Source: an uncultured Acidobacteriota bacterium (GTDB lineage: Bacteria > Acidobacteriota > Thermoanaerobaculia > Gp7-AA8). Taken from it: 64,000 bases of DNA. The first letter of the stretch is position 1. Every line of letters begins with the position of its first letter. Both the position numbers and the translations under genes were made by a program. Of this stretch, positions 60,530-64,000 are shown piece after piece. Below the pieces are notes generated by a model. It saw nothing but the letters and a program-made list of their open reading frames with translations, had not been told where the DNA came from and ran no database searches. The stretch covers positions 960,001 through 1,024,000 of the forward strand of contig CAWGHO010000001.1 in NCBI GenBank assembly GCA_963822445.1, written 5' to 3'.

Positions 60530-61378
60530 CTAACGAGCCGCCTCGGACAACTCATTCCGCACGCGATCCTCGAAGCGTCTCTCGGCGGCCGTGACGAACC
60601 GGTGATAACCCTCACTGTCGATGAAAGGGTTCACCCTTTGGTACGGGCCGAGGGACTTCATCTTCCCCGCCAGGTCGAAGAAGTTGCCGTGGGAGGCCAG
60701 GAAGATATCGCAGCGGAGGGCGTGGAGCGTCGCGAACTGGCGCCGGTAGTCCTCCACGGCGTTGGGATAGCGGGGATTGTCGGTCAGGCGGTACTCGGAA
60801 GGGACGCTGGGACTGCCGAGGAAGACCACGTCGAGGTCGCCGACGCGCATGGTCCAGCTCGTACAGCCGCGGGTGTGGCCGGGAGTGATGTGCGCGGTCA
60901 GGGTCGTGCCGCCCAGGGAGATCTGCTGCTTGTCATCGAGGATCCTGTCGGCGCGGACGGGCGGGAAGGGGAACCGGTTGCCGAACTGCGGATCGTCGAG
61001 CCCGCCGCGCGCGAGCATCGGCAGATCGCCCGCGGTCGCGTAGAACGTCGCGCCCGTCACGCGCTTGAGCTCGGCAAGGCCGCCGGCATGATCGTAGTGA
61101 GCGTGGCTGCTGAGGAGGATCTTCACGTCCTCGACTTTGAATCCGAGGCTGCGGATGTTCGCCATGATCATCGGAGCCGTCTCTTCGAATCCGCCGTCGA
61201 GCACGATGTGCCCTCCGGGCGTGGTGACGAGGTACGAGGTGACGTCCGACGCGCCGACGTAATAGAGGTTGCCGGCGATGCGGAATGGTTCGACGGGCTG
61301 GTTCCAGGATCGCGAGACGGGGTCTTTCTGCGCGAGGAGCGGCGCGGCGATCAGGAGCAGCGGAAGGAAGCGGCGCAT
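60530..61378 (-). CDS. Subclass B3 metallo-beta-lactamase
   Basis: Signal peptide; WNQPVEPFRIAGNLYYVG, SHAHYDHAGG, TPGHTRGC and CDIFLASH. Confidence 0.9.
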   Translation of the reverse strand: MRRFLPLLLIAAPLLAQKDPVSRSWNQPVEPFRIAGNLYYVGASDVTSYLVTTPGGHIVLDGGFEETAPMIMANIRSLGFKVEDVKILLSSHAHYDHAGGLAELKRVTGATFYATAGDLPMLARGGLDDPQFGNRFPFPPVRADRILDDKQQISLGGTTLTAHITPGHTRGCTSWTMRVGDLDVVFLGSPSVPSEYRLTDNPRYPNAVEDYRRQFATLHALRCDIFLASHGNFFDLAGKMKSLGPYQRVNPFIDSEGYHRFVTAAERRFEDRVRNELSEAAR

Positions 61379-61379
61379 T

Positions 61380-63905
61380 TCACTCCGTCGGAATGGTGAA
61401 GGTGAACATCGCTCCCCCACCCGTCGCGTTCTGCGCCCAGACCTGGCCGCCGTGCGCGTCGATGATGCCTTTGACGATGGCCAGGCCGAGGCCGGCGCCC
61501 ATGTGCGCGGTCTTCTTGGCCTGCCAGTAAGGCGTGAAGACCTTCGACAGATCCGCCTCGGGGATCCCCGGACCGGTATCGCGCACGACGAACTGCACCG
61601 CGTTCCTCGCGGGAACGGCCTCGACGGTGATCGTTCCCCGCTCCGGCGTGAACTTGATGGCGTTGCCGATCAGATTTCCGAAAACCTGCACCAGGCGATC
61701 GCGATCGGCGCAGATGCGCGGCAGTTCGCCGATCTCGCAGACGATCTTCTGTTTCTTCTGCAGCGCGATCGCGGCGTGGGTATCGCAGACTTCGCGCACG
61801 AGCGGACCGGCGTCCATGAGCTTCGCGTCGACGGAGAAGCGGCCCGCCTCGAGTCTGGCGACGTCGAGGAGATCCTGAATGAGGCGCTCCATCTGGCGCG
61901 CCGACGAGCGGATGGTCTCGATCAGATCGCGTTGCTCCTCGGGCGGCGAGTCGGTGAGCAGGTCCGCGCTCAAGGCGATCTTGGTCAGCGGATTTCGAAG
62001 ATCGTGCGAAACGATTCCCAGCGTTTCATCGCGCACGCGCACCGCCGCCTCGGCCTTCTCCTTCGCTTCGCGCTCTTCTTCCATCAACCGCACGCGGCGC
62101 AACGCCAACGACGTCAGATCGCCGAGCGTTCGCGCGCGAACGACGTCGGTGTCGCGAAACTTGCGGCCGGAGGATGCGCTGTTGAGCAGCACCAGCGCGC
62201 CGAGAGGCTCGTTCTCAGCGATGAGCGGCGTGACCAGCACTTCGCAGTTGCCACAGGTGTCGGCGAGATAGGGAGCCATCTCCCGTCCGAAGCCGCTCAT
62301 CTCCGCGAGGACGACCGGCGCACCGCCCCGCATGATCTCTTCGGTGAGCGATCCCGGAAATCCGACCCGCAATCCACGCGGCGGCGTGCCCCGGCCGGCC
62401 GATGAAACCACTTCGACCGTGCGCGCGCTGTTGACGATGCGCTCGACGTAAACGCCATCGGCGCGCGTGACATGCGTCGCGCGGTTGGTGATCTCGTAAA
62501 GCACCTCGGTCATCTCGACGGCGCCAGTGAGAGCACTGGCCAGATGGCGGAATGCCGACTCTTCATCCGCGCGCCGCTCGAGCTGCGCCCGCGCCGCCTG
62601 GGCTTCCGCGCGCGCCTGCTGTTCCTGTTCGAGGCTCTGCTGCAGATCGAGTCGCGCGCGCTGCCGCTCGGTGATGTCGCGCGCGAAACCGGTGAACACG
62701 GTCTGTCCGTCGGTGCTCCATTCGCCGAAAGAGATCTCGCATGCGACTTCATGTCCGTCTTTGTGCAGCGCCGGCAGCTCGATGCCGTCCCAGGGGATGT
62801 GTTTCTCCTTCGTGCGGAGATAGCGCTGCACACCACGTCTGTGCGCGTCGCGCAGACGCTCCGGAACGATGACGTCGAGATTCCGGCCCAGCAGCTCTTC
62901 GGGTTTGTAGCCGAGGATGCGCTCGACGGCGGGGTTGCAGAAGGTGATGACGCCGCGCTCGTTCATGGTGAAGATCGCGTCCTGCGCGGTCTCGGAAACG
63001 ATGCGGTAGCGGGTCTCACTTTCGCGCAAGGCCTGCTGGGTGCGGCGGCGCTCGATGAAGTCCCCGATCTGCGCGCCGATGAGCGTCATCACCGGAAGCA
63101 ATGCCTGTTCAGGCTCGCGGTCAACGCCGCTGAAGAACTCCATCGCCCCGATGACCCGTCCCTGGGTGACGATCGGGAACGCGAAGGCCGCGACCATGCC
63201 CGCGTCTTTCGCCAGCGGCGCACGCGGATAGCGCACGGAATCGCCGAAGTCGGGGACCCAGACCGCGCGGCCGGTGTCCCACACTTCGCCGATCAATCCG
63301 ACTCCGCGGCGCATGTCGCGGGTGTCGCAGAGACCGAGTACCGCGCTGCTGTCGATGGCCGGCGCATGCCAGAAATCGACGCAGCGGATGGCGTCGCCGT
63401 CGACTTCCCAGAGCGCGCCGATGTCCCAGCCGAGGTTTTCGCAGATGGTCTGCATGACCTGCCGGGCCGCGGCCTCGAAGTTGAGCTCCTGGCTCAGCAC
63501 ATTGGTCAGGGCAAGCTGCGCGGCCAGGCGCTGCTCGGCGCGATAACGGTCGGTGATGTCGCGCGCGAACTTGGAGAACCCGCCTTCTCGCAGTTTCGTG
63601 GTCACGCCGTCGACGAACACGCGCCGGCCGTCTTTGCGCATGTGCCAGCGGGTGTCGTCAGCCCGTCCGGTCTCCCGTGCTCGGGCGATTTCTTTCTCGG
63701 GAATGCCGAGACGGCGGTCTTCGGCAGTGAAGAGGACGTCGAAGTCGCGCCCGACGATCTCGTTGGCGGACCAGCCGAAGGTCCGTTCCGCGCCGATGTT
63801 CCACAGCTCAATCAGGCCCCGTTCGTCGAGGACGAAAATCGCGAGATCGCGAGCTTCCTCGACGATCTGACGGAACATGCCACCTGCCACGGCGGATTCG
63901 TTCAT
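61380..63905 (-). CDS. Cytoplasmic PAS-GAF-PAS-GAF sensor histidine kinase
   Basis: Two PAS and two GAF regions; H-box SHDLRNPL; NLIGNAIKFT; DTGPGI; GAGLGL; no TM helix. Confidence 0.93.
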   Translation of the reverse strand: MNESAVAGGMFRQIVEEARDLAIFVLDERGLIELWNIGAERTFGWSANEIVGRDFDVLFTAEDRRLGIPEKEIARARETGRADDTRWHMRKDGRRVFVDGVTTKLREGGFSKFARDITDRYRAEQRLAAQLALTNVLSQELNFEAAARQVMQTICENLGWDIGALWEVDGDAIRCVDFWHAPAIDSSAVLGLCDTRDMRRGVGLIGEVWDTGRAVWVPDFGDSVRYPRAPLAKDAGMVAAFAFPIVTQGRVIGAMEFFSGVDREPEQALLPVMTLIGAQIGDFIERRRTQQALRESETRYRIVSETAQDAIFTMNERGVITFCNPAVERILGYKPEELLGRNLDVIVPERLRDAHRRGVQRYLRTKEKHIPWDGIELPALHKDGHEVACEISFGEWSTDGQTVFTGFARDITERQRARLDLQQSLEQEQQARAEAQAARAQLERRADEESAFRHLASALTGAVEMTEVLYEITNRATHVTRADGVYVERIVNSARTVEVVSSAGRGTPPRGLRVGFPGSLTEEIMRGGAPVVLAEMSGFGREMAPYLADTCGNCEVLVTPLIAENEPLGALVLLNSASSGRKFRDTDVVRARTLGDLTSLALRRVRLMEEEREAKEKAEAAVRVRDETLGIVSHDLRNPLTKIALSADLLTDSPPEEQRDLIETIRSSARQMERLIQDLLDVARLEAGRFSVDAKLMDAGPLVREVCDTHAAIALQKKQKIVCEIGELPRICADRDRLVQVFGNLIGNAIKFTPERGTITVEAVPARNAVQFVVRDTGPGIPEADLSKVFTPYWQAKKTAHMGAGLGLAIVKGIIDAHGGQVWAQNATGGGAMFTFTIPTE

Positions 63906-64000
63906 GCGGAAGCTGGTTGGGCCTCTCGGTCTTCATGGAGCACACGACGTGCCCGTCTCTTGCTAGACTTCGCGCCCCGCAATGCAGCGCCGGGTGCGTA

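Overview
High-GC bacterial chromosomal window. Gene content and the secreted-protein families suggest Acidobacteriota, probably Thermoanaerobaculia (inference). It holds about 50 mostly housekeeping, envelope and signalling genes, including serS, pth, rnr, tdk, asnB, an AAA+/VWA pair, ABC transporters, several peptidases, a subclass B3 metallo-beta-lactamase and kinases. The stand-out feature is a complete 1540-bp IS110-family element (37700-39239). Its upstream non-coding end folds into two large stem-loops carrying four short segments that match the reconstructed target site (CCGCCC-GT-CCGGAGG) and the element's own circle junction (CTCAGAT-GC-CTATAG), so a bridge RNA can be read directly from the sequence. 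The element sits in one arm of a REP-like inverted repeat, has non-identical target and donor cores (GT vs GC), and forms a TTGACA/-10 promoter only on circularisation. Other patterns are hairpins built from tandem 7-8-nt units, REP-like palindromes, many TANNNT boxes just upstream of start codons (probable leaderless genes), and a cluster of frameshifts at about 21.8-31.6 kb that is most likely sequencing error. All product calls come from motif recognition by eye; no database searches were run.
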